A DNA stretch of 64,000 nucleotides from a virus: the IMG/VR virus record IMGVR_UViG_3300020201_000010. One strand, given 5' to 3'. Positions within the stretch are counted from its first letter, which is position 1. Every line of letters starts with the position of its first letter. A program made the translations under genes and the position numbers. Shown here in pieces: positions 28,333 to 37,693 of the stretch. The notes beneath the pieces are model-generated. The model had not been told where the DNA came from, did not search any database, and saw only the letters and a program-made list of their open reading frames with translations.

Positions 28333-29248
28333 AGAAGAGATGGACAGAACAAGAAGATAATTTATTAAAAAAAATATATTGTAATATAAACAGAAACGAA
28401 TTAAAAAATATGTTTCATAACAGAACATATGATGCTATAAAATTAAGAGCAAGATATTTTGGTTTAAAATATAAAAATATTGATTCTAGAATTGGTGATG
28501 TTAAAGTATTATTAAATGATAATAATGAAGTTTATTATTGGTTAGGGTTTTTATTAGCGGATGGTCATTTTTCTAATAAAAAAAGAATCGTTATAAAAAT
28601 AGCACAAAAAGATACCAATCATTTAGAAAAGTTTGCAAAATTATTAAATTCAAAAGTAAAGATAAGCAATAGTTCACATAGATATTGTTCGGTTCAAATA
28701 CAAGATAAAATTAATGTTAAAATACTGTGTGATAAATTTGGTATTAATTCTAATAAAACTTATAATCCTCCAACCAAAATATTTAGCATAAATAATAACC
28801 AATTAATGTTTTCATTAATCGTTGGCTTTATTGATGGTGATGGCTGTATTTTTAAAAAAAAAACAGGCATGATGCTGGATTAAGGATTAAAATACACTCT
28901 TCATGGTTTCATATTCTACAAAATTTTGAATGTTTTATTTATGATTATTTAAATATCAATCATAATAAATCTGTTATAATTAATAACCAAGGATATGCGC
29001 AACTTTCAATACTTAATAATGAAATATTAAGAAAAATTAAAAAAGAAATAATTAAACTTAATTTGCCTATTTTAAATAGAAAATGGGATAAAATAAATGA
29101 GAATATTTACGGCAAGTATCAAAAAACAACAATACAAAAACAAACAGTCATGATATTAATGAATAAAAAATATAATATAAAACAGATTACTAAAATAACA
29201 AATATTAGTGCTGGCGTTATATATAATTATATAAGGAATGCAAAATGA
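28329..29248 (+). pseudogene. Two-motif LAGLIDADG homing endonuclease split by a -1 frameshift at an A10 run
   Basis: YWLGFLLADG and VGFIDGDG motifs; the -1 frame after 28854-28863 continues RIKIHSSW...LPILNRKW to 29248. Confidence 0.8.
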
Positions 29249-29850
29249 GTGACATATATTTTACAAGTGATAATCACTTCTATCACAAAAATATTATTCA
29301 ATATTGTAACCGGCCATTTGAGTCTGTAGAAGATATGAACGAGAAAATGGTTAAGAGATGGAACTCTGTCGTTAAACCAAATGATACCGTTTACGATCTT
29401 GGTGACTTTGCAATGGGTTCGGGAGCTAAGGAGATCGAAATTATCTTTAAGCGCCTTAATGGTAAAAAGATTTTAATCAAAGGTAATCATGATGCTAAAC
29501 CAACACTAAATTGTCAATGGTATAGTATTCATGATATGCTTGAAATAAACATTAATGGGCAAAAAATTGTTCTACTTCATTTTGCTATGAAAGTTTGGAA
29601 TAATAGCCACAGGGATAGTTGGCAGCTGTACGGGCACAGTCATATGAGTTTGCCAGAAAGCTCCAGCCTGTCTTTTGATGTAGGTGTTGATGGTTGGAAT
29701 TATGCTCCGATATCCATTTCTCGTATAGCTGAAAAGATGAAATGGAAAAAAGAAAATATTGACTTTTACTCTTCACCCGAGTATGTTGAAGCAAATAAGG
29801 ATAAGGATAGTACGTTTAAATTTAATCAAGAATTTAATCATAAATTTTAA
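29245..29850 (+). CDS. Calcineurin-like metallophosphoesterase
   Basis: TSDNHF.H, LGDF, GNHD, LHF, YGHSH, DVGVD. Confidence 0.92.
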   Translation: MSDIYFTSDNHFYHKNIIQYCNRPFESVEDMNEKMVKRWNSVVKPNDTVYDLGDFAMGSGAKEIEIIFKRLNGKKILIKGNHDAKPTLNCQWYSIHDMLEININGQKIVLLHFAMKVWNNSHRDSWQLYGHSHMSLPESSSLSFDVGVDGWNYAPISISRIAEKMKWKKENIDFYSSPEYVEANKDKDSTFKFNQEFNHKF

Positions 29851-29851
29851 A

Positions 29852-30217
29852 ATGAATATTAAATGTTTTTATAATGCGGGAGACGATAGTGATTTTTCGC
29901 TCATTAAACATGCACCATATTTTGCATTCCATTCCGAATGTTTAGTTGGTGTCGATTATAATAAATTAATTATAAAAAATTCTTATATTAAACGTTATTG
30001 CGTTGATGAGGAAATGAAACGCTCTATCTTTTTCATTGGTCCATTAACATCAGATCATATAGTTTATTTTAATCAAAAATACGGATTAAATATTTCTATT
30101 GATCATACAAGCTTTTCATTTATCAATAATTCAAATTTAATTAACCAAGACCCCGAAATAGTTGCTGAAGTTAAAAAATACTTTTATAATAAAACAATAA
30201 AGAATATAATAGAATGA
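29852..30217 (+). CDS. Hypothetical protein, IIE-tail family (TIKNIIE*)
   Basis: Probable start ATG 29852; FFIGPL shared with 11497. Confidence 0.7.
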   Translation: MNIKCFYNAGDDSDFSLIKHAPYFAFHSECLVGVDYNKLIIKNSYIKRYCVDEEMKRSIFFIGPLTSDHIVYFNQKYGLNISIDHTSFSFINNSNLINQDPEIVAEVKKYFYNKTIKNIIE

Positions 30218-30807
30218 AATTTAAATTATTTATAATCATATCATTAATTTTAATTCCATTAACGACTCGCGGAGATCAGTCATTAATACAAACCTTTCTG
30301 ATTCGCTCTAACTATCTCAACTCAGGTAATGTTGCCAAAGCAAATAATTATCGGATTCATGAATATACCTCAATTCGCAATACAACGTTTATGGGCAAAA
30401 ATATTATGCTTCATGAGAAAGTTATTGGGCCATTAAAGTGCGTTGAGAAAAAAATTAAAGCAACCTGCTCCGATAACTATACACCTAAAGTTCTTTCTGG
30501 TTGGAGACCTAATAATACAATTCAAGGAGCAGAGATCTCAAATCATGTATTCGGAATAGCTATTGATATTGACCCGTCCATTAATACTTGTTGCGGCTGT
30601 GTTAAAGATTGGGCAAAAGCCGAAGGATGTAAAAATGCTGTGAAACCAGATGACGGCTCTGCTCCACTAGGAACTTATGAAATACCTCGGTGCTGGATTG
30701 ATTCTTTTAATGAGTATGGTTGGTACTGGCTAGGTGATGAGCCAACATTAAGGGATACAATGCATTTTGAATTCTTAGCAAAACCAGTGGATGTTAGTTG
30801 TGATTAA
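30214..30807 (+). CDS. Secreted M15-family peptidoglycan peptidase with signal peptide
   Basis: SNHVFGIAIDI, WYWLG, DTMHFE; hydrophobic N-terminus. Confidence 0.85.
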   Translation: MKFKLFIIISLILIPLTTRGDQSLIQTFLIRSNYLNSGNVAKANNYRIHEYTSIRNTTFMGKNIMLHEKVIGPLKCVEKKIKATCSDNYTPKVLSGWRPNNTIQGAEISNHVFGIAIDIDPSINTCCGCVKDWAKAEGCKNAVKPDDGSAPLGTYEIPRCWIDSFNEYGWYWLGDEPTLRDTMHFEFLAKPVDVSCD

Positions 30808-31249
30808 TATATTCTATTTTGGAGCTTATCATAAATCTAACCAAGGTATGACTGGTAGTAAAAAAATTATAATCGATGTTATATCAGATATTGATGTGGA
30901 AAAACTTGGTATATTTTTAGCTAAATACGAGTATTCTTCTAATTATAACTTTACTTTAAGTAAAGTTCATGGCCCATACGAAATAGAAAATTTTTCCAGA
31001 TATGAAATAGAAAATTTTTCCAGATATGAAATAGAAAATTTTTCCAGATCTCTGCCATCCAACGTTTTAAATCATCTTGGTGTTAAATGGTTGGAAAACG
31101 CACATACGATTGATTCTATAGATCAAGAAATTTTTGATGAAATCAAACTGTGTATTATGTACCCTACAAGTTTCACAACTATGTTTAGAAGCTGTGATAC
31201 TTTCAGTGAATATAAAAATATGATTATGATTAAAGATATCATAGAATGA
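30791..31249 (+). CDS. Hypothetical protein, IIE-tail family (MIKDIIE*), with an internal 8-aa repeat
   Basis: ORF track; YEIENFSR x3. Confidence 0.7.
   Translation: MLVVINIFYFGAYHKSNQGMTGSKKIIIDVISDIDVEKLGIFLAKYEYSSNYNFTLSKVHGPYEIENFSRYEIENFSRYEIENFSRSLPSNVLNHLGVKWLENAHTIDSIDQEIFDEIKLCIMYPTSFTTMFRSCDTFSEYKNMIMIKDIIE
30977..31048. repeat. Tandem repeat, 24 bp x3, in frame
   Basis: TAYGAAATAGAAAATTTTTCCAGA x3. Confidence 0.95.
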
Positions 31250-31608
31250 AAAAATATCGTTTTCCTATTAAAGATGAGTTTGGTGTTATTATCAATTCAT
31301 TCTATGTCAATAGCAAAGTGCAAAGAAAACATATTGCTAAAATGTTAGATTCATTAAGTTATCTCAATTTTTGTGATAACTTTGACAGAAGCGGCAATAA
31401 AGTTACATATAATTTATTGGATGTAATGCACTATTTCATATTGTTCGAATATTTGAAGTATGAACATATAAATGAAGATATGTATAAAGAAGGAAAGATG
31501 TTACTTGGAATGTTCTCTAGTAATTTAAAAACAGTTAACCAATTTTTCCAATTCGATTCTTTAAGTGAAGCTAAAATGTATTTTCCAATAAAACAAATTA
31601 TCGAGTGA
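31246..31608 (+). CDS. Hypothetical protein, IIE-tail family (PIKQIIE*)
   Basis: ORF track; C-terminal motif. Confidence 0.75.
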   Translation: MKKYRFPIKDEFGVIINSFYVNSKVQRKHIAKMLDSLSYLNFCDNFDRSGNKVTYNLLDVMHYFILFEYLKYEHINEDMYKEGKMLLGMFSSNLKTVNQFFQFDSLSEAKMYFPIKQIIE

Positions 31609-31617
31609 GAGTTTTTT

Positions 31618-31788
31618 ATGAGTACTAAAATTACAAGAGACGGTAAAGAATTGTTGCCACGAAAGAAAATAGCTTCAAAGAATGAAAAACTTGATGCCGT
31701 TTCTAATAAAGATATTGATTTGGCTCTCTCTGAATTTGGAGAAGAACCCGATGAAGAATGTGATGGAGAAGATTATTTAGATTATTAA
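31618..31788 (+). CDS. Small protein with an acidic tail, 56 aa (not in track)
   Basis: MSTKITRDGKELLPRKKIASK...FGEEPDEECDGEDYLDY*; stop overlaps the next ATG. Confidence 0.6.
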   Translation: MSTKITRDGKELLPRKKIASKNEKLDAVSNKDIDLALSEFGEEPDEECDGEDYLDY

Positions 31789-32069
31789 TGACTATAAAAA
31801 GAATCAAATCAAATGGTCAAAATATTGAAGTTAAAACTAAAAAAATAGATTACAAACTTCATAACTTTTTATCTTTCTTAGATGAAGATGTTTTAAAAAT
31901 TTTTATTATAAAAAGCGAAGATAAATACGCTATATCATTTATTGATAATCTTCTTTCAGCTGCAAATAATTTAAATAATTCCTCTGAACAAAATAAAGAA
32001 ATTGATGCCGCTAAAAAAATACTTAATAATAGAAAAAATCAAATTATAATTAAACAAATTATAGAATAA
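31788..32069 (+). CDS. Hypothetical protein, IIE-tail family (IIKQIIE*)
   Basis: ORF track; C-terminal motif. Confidence 0.75.
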   Translation: MTIKRIKSNGQNIEVKTKKIDYKLHNFLSFLDEDVLKIFIIKSEDKYAISFIDNLLSAANNLNNSSEQNKEIDAAKKILNNRKNQIIIKQIIE

Positions 32070-32076
32070 GGGTATA

Positions 32077-33453
32077 ATGTCAGTTAAAACAACAAACGTA
32101 ACATTGGAGAATAATATCGTGGATGACCTAGAAGAAAAACAAGAAGTTGAAGAAATTACACAACCTGCTGATGATGTTAATCTCGCTACGTTGGAAGCAC
32201 TTAAACAGAAAATGAAAGCTAAGAAAGAGGAAAACTCTATGTCCGTTAAAATCGTGGAAGATAAAAAAAGAAGCATTAACTTTGGCGTAATTGGATCCGG
32301 TCAGTGCGGATCTCGACTGTCTCAAAGTCTTTATGAAATGGGATATCCAGCTGTAGCAATGAATACTGCCGAGGTTGATTTAAGAGATATTAAACTGCCG
32401 CAAGACTCAAAACTTTTACTGGATTATACAATTGGTGGTGCCGCAAAAAGTTTATCAATTGGACACGAAGCTGCAGAAGCTAATCGCGAAGCCATTGTTG
32501 AACTGGTTGATACAAAGCTAGGTGATTGTCAGGCTTTTGTTTTTTGCGCAAGCCTTGGTGGCGGAAGCGGAGCTGGTAGCGCAAATGTTGTTCTTGATAT
32601 TTTGGCACAAACTGGAAAACCAACAATTGCCCTGGTTGTATTACCCATGAGTTCAGATGACCACGTTACAAAGAATAATGCAGTTGAAACACTTGTCATG
32701 CTAAGTAAACTCCTAAAAGAAAAGAAACTTTCAAATTGTTTTATTGTTGATAATGCTCGCGTAGAAAATTTATTAGGTGATGTGAATCCTCTTGATTTGT
32801 TTGAAGCTTCTAATACCGTGATAACAGAACCGCTCAATTATCTTAATACCTTAGGCTCTCTTTCGAGCCGAGCAAAAAGTATTGACCCATTAGAAACAGC
32901 CAAGTTGTTATTTGATTCTGAAGGATTATCAATTTTTGGAAGCATTACCATTCCAGCTTCAGATCTGGACGGTGACACAGCAATTGCAGAGGCTATTCTT
33001 GCAAACTTAAATGATGGCCTTCTTGCTTCGAACTTTGATTTGGCTCAAGCTAAATATTGCGCATTTGCAATTATTGGAAATGCTAAGGCCTGGTCTAAAG
33101 TTAAAAGCTCTGCATTAACTTACGCTAACGCTGTTCTTGAGGAAACTGCATCAAAGGCAGACGCAGTATTTCGTGGATTATATGAAAGCGAAGAAGTTGG
33201 TGATAACCTTAAAATATTTAGTTATTTTAGCGGTTTAGGAATTCCGACACAAAGAGTTAATTCATTAAAAGAAGAAGTTAAAAAAGGTATGGAAAGAACT
33301 CAGTCACGAGAAAAAGATAGAGCTGCAAATCTTGATGTTGCTGGAATTAAAGATGAAAACCAAAGTGCTGCAGACAAAGTTAAAGAGATGATACGTCAAA
33401 AGAATTCTGGTTTTGGAAAGAATTTTGGCGGAGGAAAAGATTTTCGAAAATAA
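32077..33453 (+). CDS. Tubulin/FtsZ-superfamily GTPase (phage PhuZ/TubZ-like)
   Basis: GSGQCG, AMNT, GAAK, SLGGGSGAG signature, VDN, T7-like SIDPLE. Confidence 0.9.
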   Translation: MSVKTTNVTLENNIVDDLEEKQEVEEITQPADDVNLATLEALKQKMKAKKEENSMSVKIVEDKKRSINFGVIGSGQCGSRLSQSLYEMGYPAVAMNTAEVDLRDIKLPQDSKLLLDYTIGGAAKSLSIGHEAAEANREAIVELVDTKLGDCQAFVFCASLGGGSGAGSANVVLDILAQTGKPTIALVVLPMSSDDHVTKNNAVETLVMLSKLLKEKKLSNCFIVDNARVENLLGDVNPLDLFEASNTVITEPLNYLNTLGSLSSRAKSIDPLETAKLLFDSEGLSIFGSITIPASDLDGDTAIAEAILANLNDGLLASNFDLAQAKYCAFAIIGNAKAWSKVKSSALTYANAVLEETASKADAVFRGLYESEEVGDNLKIFSYFSGLGIPTQRVNSLKEEVKKGMERTQSREKDRAANLDVAGIKDENQSAADKVKEMIRQKNSGFGKNFGGGKDFRK

Positions 33454-33475
33454 TCAATTTTATTGAATAAAATTC

Positions 33476-33522
33476 ATAAAACATCTTAACATTATGATAT
33501 ATATTATGTTAAGATGTTTTAT
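33476..33522 (+). promoter_or_regulatory. 17-bp perfect stem-loop covering the GIY-YIG start codon
   Basis: ATAAAACATCTTAACAT (33476-92) pairs with ATGTTAAGATGTTTTAT (33506-22); ATG 33514 lies in the 3' arm. Confidence 0.7.
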
Positions 33523-34977
33523 TTATATGTGATTACAAATACTATTAATGGTAAAATTTACATTGGTAAAACTTCAGATCGTAAAGGTGGAATATCTAAT
33601 AGATTACGTGAACATTTTCTTACAGCTAAATCAGGAGATAATAAATATTTATATAGATCAATAAGAAAATATGGAAATATAAATTTTACAATTACAGAAA
33701 TTAATAAAAATGAAAGCGAACAATATATTTTAAAACATGAAATAATATTAATTTCATTATTTAATACTAGAGATAAGAAAATAGGCTACAATAACTCTAA
33801 GGGCGGAGAAGGTGCTTCTGGATTTCAAGTTGGTGAAAAATCTTCTAAATCTATATTTACTAATCAAGAAGCAGAAAATATTATAAAATTATATATTAGT
33901 GGAGGCTTCACCGCAGATATGATAGCTAAAAAATATAATGTTAAAAATAGCATTGTTAATAAAATTATACGTGGTAAAACATATTATCATGTTTTTGAAA
34001 AATTAAACCAAACAGAAAAAGATAAAATAAATATCATAAAAGATGATAATAATAAATGTGGTTATATTAAAAGCGGAATTAAAAAAGCATTTCTAAAAGA
34101 ACATGAAACATTAGAAATATATAATAGTTATTTTAGTAGTAATTTTAATATGAATGAAATTTGTAGTAAATTTAATATTAGTAATAATCTTGTTATGAAT
34201 ATTTTATTAGGAAATACATGGAAGCATTTAAAATTAACGCCCATTAGAGAAAAAAGAAAAATTAACAAAAAAATTATTTTAACAAAAGATAATGCTGTAG
34301 AAATTATATATCTATTTAAAATAAATAAAATGACTATAGATAATTTGAGTAAAATGTTTCATGTTAGATCTGAAACTATATCTAAAATTATTTCAGGTAA
34401 AACTTGGCCCGATTTAGTTACTGAGATATACAGACCCTCTAGTCAATGCAAAACAAAACTAAAAGAATGTCACGTTAAAGCAATACATTTTCTAGGTAGT
34501 CAATCTATGATTATGAAAGATATAGCTTATATTTTTAATACAAATGTAGCTGTAGTACGAGAAATTCTAAAATGTACTAACTTTTCTTATCTTAATTTAA
34601 CACCAGTAAAAATTAGTAATCCCGTTAGAAAGATAGAAGAACATAATGTAATCGAAATATTTAAAATGTATTCAGATAATATTAGTAAACAAAAAATAGT
34701 AGAACAGTATAATATCAATATAGCATCATTAAATAACATATTGTCAAGAAGAACTTGGTCACAAATAAATATTCCAAAAAAATATTTAAATATCAACTCT
34801 ACATGTAAAGCAGAAGAAAAAAACGCTAATTTAGTAAAAAATATTTTTTATTTGAATTATTTAGGTATGTCTTTGAAAGAAATATCAATAATTACTAAAC
34901 GTTCAAAATCTCATATAGTTAATATATTACACCGCACATGTTGTAAAAATATTAACGTTCCTGATTATCTTATTTAA
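33514..34977 (+). CDS. GIY-YIG homing endonuclease with tandem HTH-like repeats
   Basis: LYVITNTINGKIYIGKT...R..EH...E..LI...GYN...GGEG. Confidence 0.9.
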   Translation: MFYLYVITNTINGKIYIGKTSDRKGGISNRLREHFLTAKSGDNKYLYRSIRKYGNINFTITEINKNESEQYILKHEIILISLFNTRDKKIGYNNSKGGEGASGFQVGEKSSKSIFTNQEAENIIKLYISGGFTADMIAKKYNVKNSIVNKIIRGKTYYHVFEKLNQTEKDKINIIKDDNNKCGYIKSGIKKAFLKEHETLEIYNSYFSSNFNMNEICSKFNISNNLVMNILLGNTWKHLKLTPIREKRKINKKIILTKDNAVEIIYLFKINKMTIDNLSKMFHVRSETISKIISGKTWPDLVTEIYRPSSQCKTKLKECHVKAIHFLGSQSMIMKDIAYIFNTNVAVVREILKCTNFSYLNLTPVKISNPVRKIEEHNVIEIFKMYSDNISKQKIVEQYNINIASLNNILSRRTWSQINIPKKYLNINSTCKAEEKNANLVKNIFYLNYLGMSLKEISIITKRSKSHIVNILHRTCCKNINVPDYLI

Positions 34978-35019
34978 AAAATCTTCGATAGTCAAAACCA
35001 TAATACTACGTATATACGA

Positions 35020-36531
35020 ATGAATATAAAACTAACATTAAGAGATAATAGAGTGTTTATTGATGATTCTATCCCTAGAGAAACTCTTTGGGATATTGAT
35101 ACTCTTTTGAGTTATTATGTTCAAGGGCATGAATTCTCACCACAGTTCAAAGCTAGAAGATGGGATGGTAAGAAAAAACTCCTTGAATCATCTAATCTTT
35201 CAGCTCCTCTAGGTCTTGCTAATAAAATTAAAACATTTCTAGTCGAACGTGGTTATGAAGTTCAAATTGAAGACCAAAGACCACCAAAAAAAATCGGTAA
35301 GAAAATTAATATTTTGCCAGCCCTAGCTGCTCAAAACAAAATACCCTTCGATTACCAGCTTGAAGCAGTAGATGTCTGTAAGCAAATTGGTAATGATCGC
35401 GGTATAATTAGAGCTGCCACAGGATCCGGTAAGACTGTATTGTCTGCTTTAATCGCAGCTGAATTTGGAGTGAATACTGTAGTTTATGTTATTGGTAAGG
35501 ATTTGCTATATCAATTTTATGAATTATATAAAAGTTTATTTGGAGAAGATAACGTTGGATTAATTGGTGATGGTCAAGCAATTATTAAAGCTCCTAATAA
35601 AACACATCCAACAATTCATATTGCTTCAATCTGGACCGTTGGAGTTGCTTTTGGTTTAGATGGTAAATCAATTATTTCAGATAAAGAAGATATGACAGAA
35701 GAAAAAAAGATGTCAATTGAAAAATATGATCTAATTAGAAGAATTGCAGAGGGCGCTAAACTTGTAATTATTGATGAATGTCATATGTCAACAGCAAGTA
35801 CATTTACAACTTTATTTACACATACACAGCCAGAAAGAATTTATGGTCTGAGCGCTACTGACTGGAAGGATTCTGGAGATGATATTGTGCTTGAAGCTAA
35901 TCTTGGTAATCGTATAGTTAATATTCCAGCTTCATTATTAATTGAACTTGGTTATCTTGTACCTCCAATAATTAAATTTATTAATGTCGGTAAATCAAAA
36001 GTTAAACTTCCTAAAAACTATCAAACAATATATTCAAAGCATATTATAGAGAATGATAGTAGGAACGATCTAATAATTCAAGGCGCAGTTAAACTAGTTG
36101 AGCAGGGGTATAAACCATTAGTTTTATTTAGTAAATTAAAACATGGCCAAGCTATTTATGATAAATTATCTAAAGAAATGGAGTGCGTCTTATTAAGTGG
36201 TAAAGATAGCAGCGAGATTAGGCTTCAGGCAAATGAAGATTTTTTAAATGGTAAAATTAAAGCCATTGTTGTTTCTAACATATATGATATTGGGGTGGAT
36301 TTACCATGCGTCAGTGCGATAATATGTTCCGCGCCTTCGAAGTCAACCACTCGTGTATTACAGCGTGTTGGAAGAGCGATTAGAAAAGATTATAACAACC
36401 CAAATAAAACACGAGCAATTATTTTAGAATTCTTTGACGATGTTGATTTTTTAAAAGCACAAGCGAGGATCCGCAAACGTGTCTATGAAGCTGAGGGTTT
36501 CAAGGTATATTGGCCTAAGGGTGTGAGGTAG
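35020..36531 (+). CDS. Superfamily 2 DNA helicase (UvsW/XPB-like)
   Basis: ATGSGKT, DECH, SAT, GVDLP, QRVGRAIR. Confidence 0.93.
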   Translation: MNIKLTLRDNRVFIDDSIPRETLWDIDTLLSYYVQGHEFSPQFKARRWDGKKKLLESSNLSAPLGLANKIKTFLVERGYEVQIEDQRPPKKIGKKINILPALAAQNKIPFDYQLEAVDVCKQIGNDRGIIRAATGSGKTVLSALIAAEFGVNTVVYVIGKDLLYQFYELYKSLFGEDNVGLIGDGQAIIKAPNKTHPTIHIASIWTVGVAFGLDGKSIISDKEDMTEEKKMSIEKYDLIRRIAEGAKLVIIDECHMSTASTFTTLFTHTQPERIYGLSATDWKDSGDDIVLEANLGNRIVNIPASLLIELGYLVPPIIKFINVGKSKVKLPKNYQTIYSKHIIENDSRNDLIIQGAVKLVEQGYKPLVLFSKLKHGQAIYDKLSKEMECVLLSGKDSSEIRLQANEDFLNGKIKAIVVSNIYDIGVDLPCVSAIICSAPSKSTTRVLQRVGRAIRKDYNNPNKTRAIILEFFDDVDFLKAQARIRKRVYEAEGFKVYWPKGVR

Positions 36532-37691
36532 TGGGAGCAAAATTAACGCAAAAAGATTTTATACAAAGGTCTTTAGCTGTTCATAATAGTAAGTACGATT
36601 ATTCAAAATCAATATATATTAGTTCACATTCTAAATTAATTATTATTTGTTCAAAACATGGAGATTTTCAACAAATACCAAGTAGCCATATGTCTGGGCA
36701 TGGTTGTCACAAATGTTATCATGAAAATCAGAGTATAGCTAAAGAAGAATTTATTAATCGTTCTAATAAAAAACATAATAGAAAATATAATTATTCATTA
36801 GTTAAATCATTTAAAACATCAGATACTGTTATTATAATTTGTCCTTATCATGGAAAATTTGAACAAAAAATAAAAAATCATTTAAGTGGGTACGGCGGAT
36901 GTAAGCAGTGTTATACCGATAACTATCACTATAATGAAAATACTTTTATAAAAAAATCTAATGAGGTACATAATAATAAATATAATTATTCATTAATTAA
37001 TTTTATTAAGCTATCAGAATATATTATAATTATATGTAAAAATCATGGAAAATTTAAAACAACTGGAGCAAATCATTTATCTGGTTATGGATGTGTTAAT
37101 TGTGCAAATGATTCAAAGAAAAACTCTTTAGATGATTTTATATCTGTATCTAATGTTATACATAAACATAAATATAATTATTCTTTAGTAAAATATATAA
37201 ATAATAATTCTTATATAGATATTATTTGCCCAACACACGGTAGCTTCAAACAAAAACCACGTAACCACTCAGGTGGTTTTGGTTGCAAACAGTGTTCTGT
37301 TCAAGCTGGTAATGGAACAAAGTCTATTTCAAAAGGTGAAACACAATGGTTAAACGATTTGAATATTTTAGATAAAAATAGACAAATTATTATAAAATTA
37401 AATTATTGTAATTATATAGTTGATGGTTTTGACATTACCACAAATACCGTATATGAATTTTATGGAGATTTTTATCACGGCAATCCTAAGTATTATAAAT
37501 CAACAAAAATTAATGCAGTGAATAAAAAATTATTTGGTGAATTATATCAAAATACATTAAATCGAGAAGATGTTTTATTACAAAACGGTTACAACGTAGC
37601 TTATATATGGGAGTCAGACTTTAAAGCTGGTAAACCGTTTACGCTAAGATCCTCACATAATAAATTAGATCAATATAAAGGAATTAAATAA
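36531..37691 (+). CDS. Putative homing endonuclease, paralog of 6157..7578
   Basis: YDYS/YNYS...C..HG.F.Q....H.SG.GC..C repeats; VDG...YEFYGDFYHG...AYIWE. Confidence 0.8.
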   Translation: MGAKLTQKDFIQRSLAVHNSKYDYSKSIYISSHSKLIIICSKHGDFQQIPSSHMSGHGCHKCYHENQSIAKEEFINRSNKKHNRKYNYSLVKSFKTSDTVIIICPYHGKFEQKIKNHLSGYGGCKQCYTDNYHYNENTFIKKSNEVHNNKYNYSLINFIKLSEYIIIICKNHGKFKTTGANHLSGYGCVNCANDSKKNSLDDFISVSNVIHKHKYNYSLVKYINNNSYIDIICPTHGSFKQKPRNHSGGFGCKQCSVQAGNGTKSISKGETQWLNDLNILDKNRQIIIKLNYCNYIVDGFDITTNTVYEFYGDFYHGNPKYYKSTKINAVNKKLFGELYQNTLNREDVLLQNGYNVAYIWESDFKAGKPFTLRSSHNKLDQYKGIK

Positions 37692-37693
37692 GT

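Noticed and set aside
30977-31048. Possible CRISPR array
   Set aside because: Adjacent in-frame repeats without spacers; no cas genes and no repeat-spacer pattern seen anywhere in the window.
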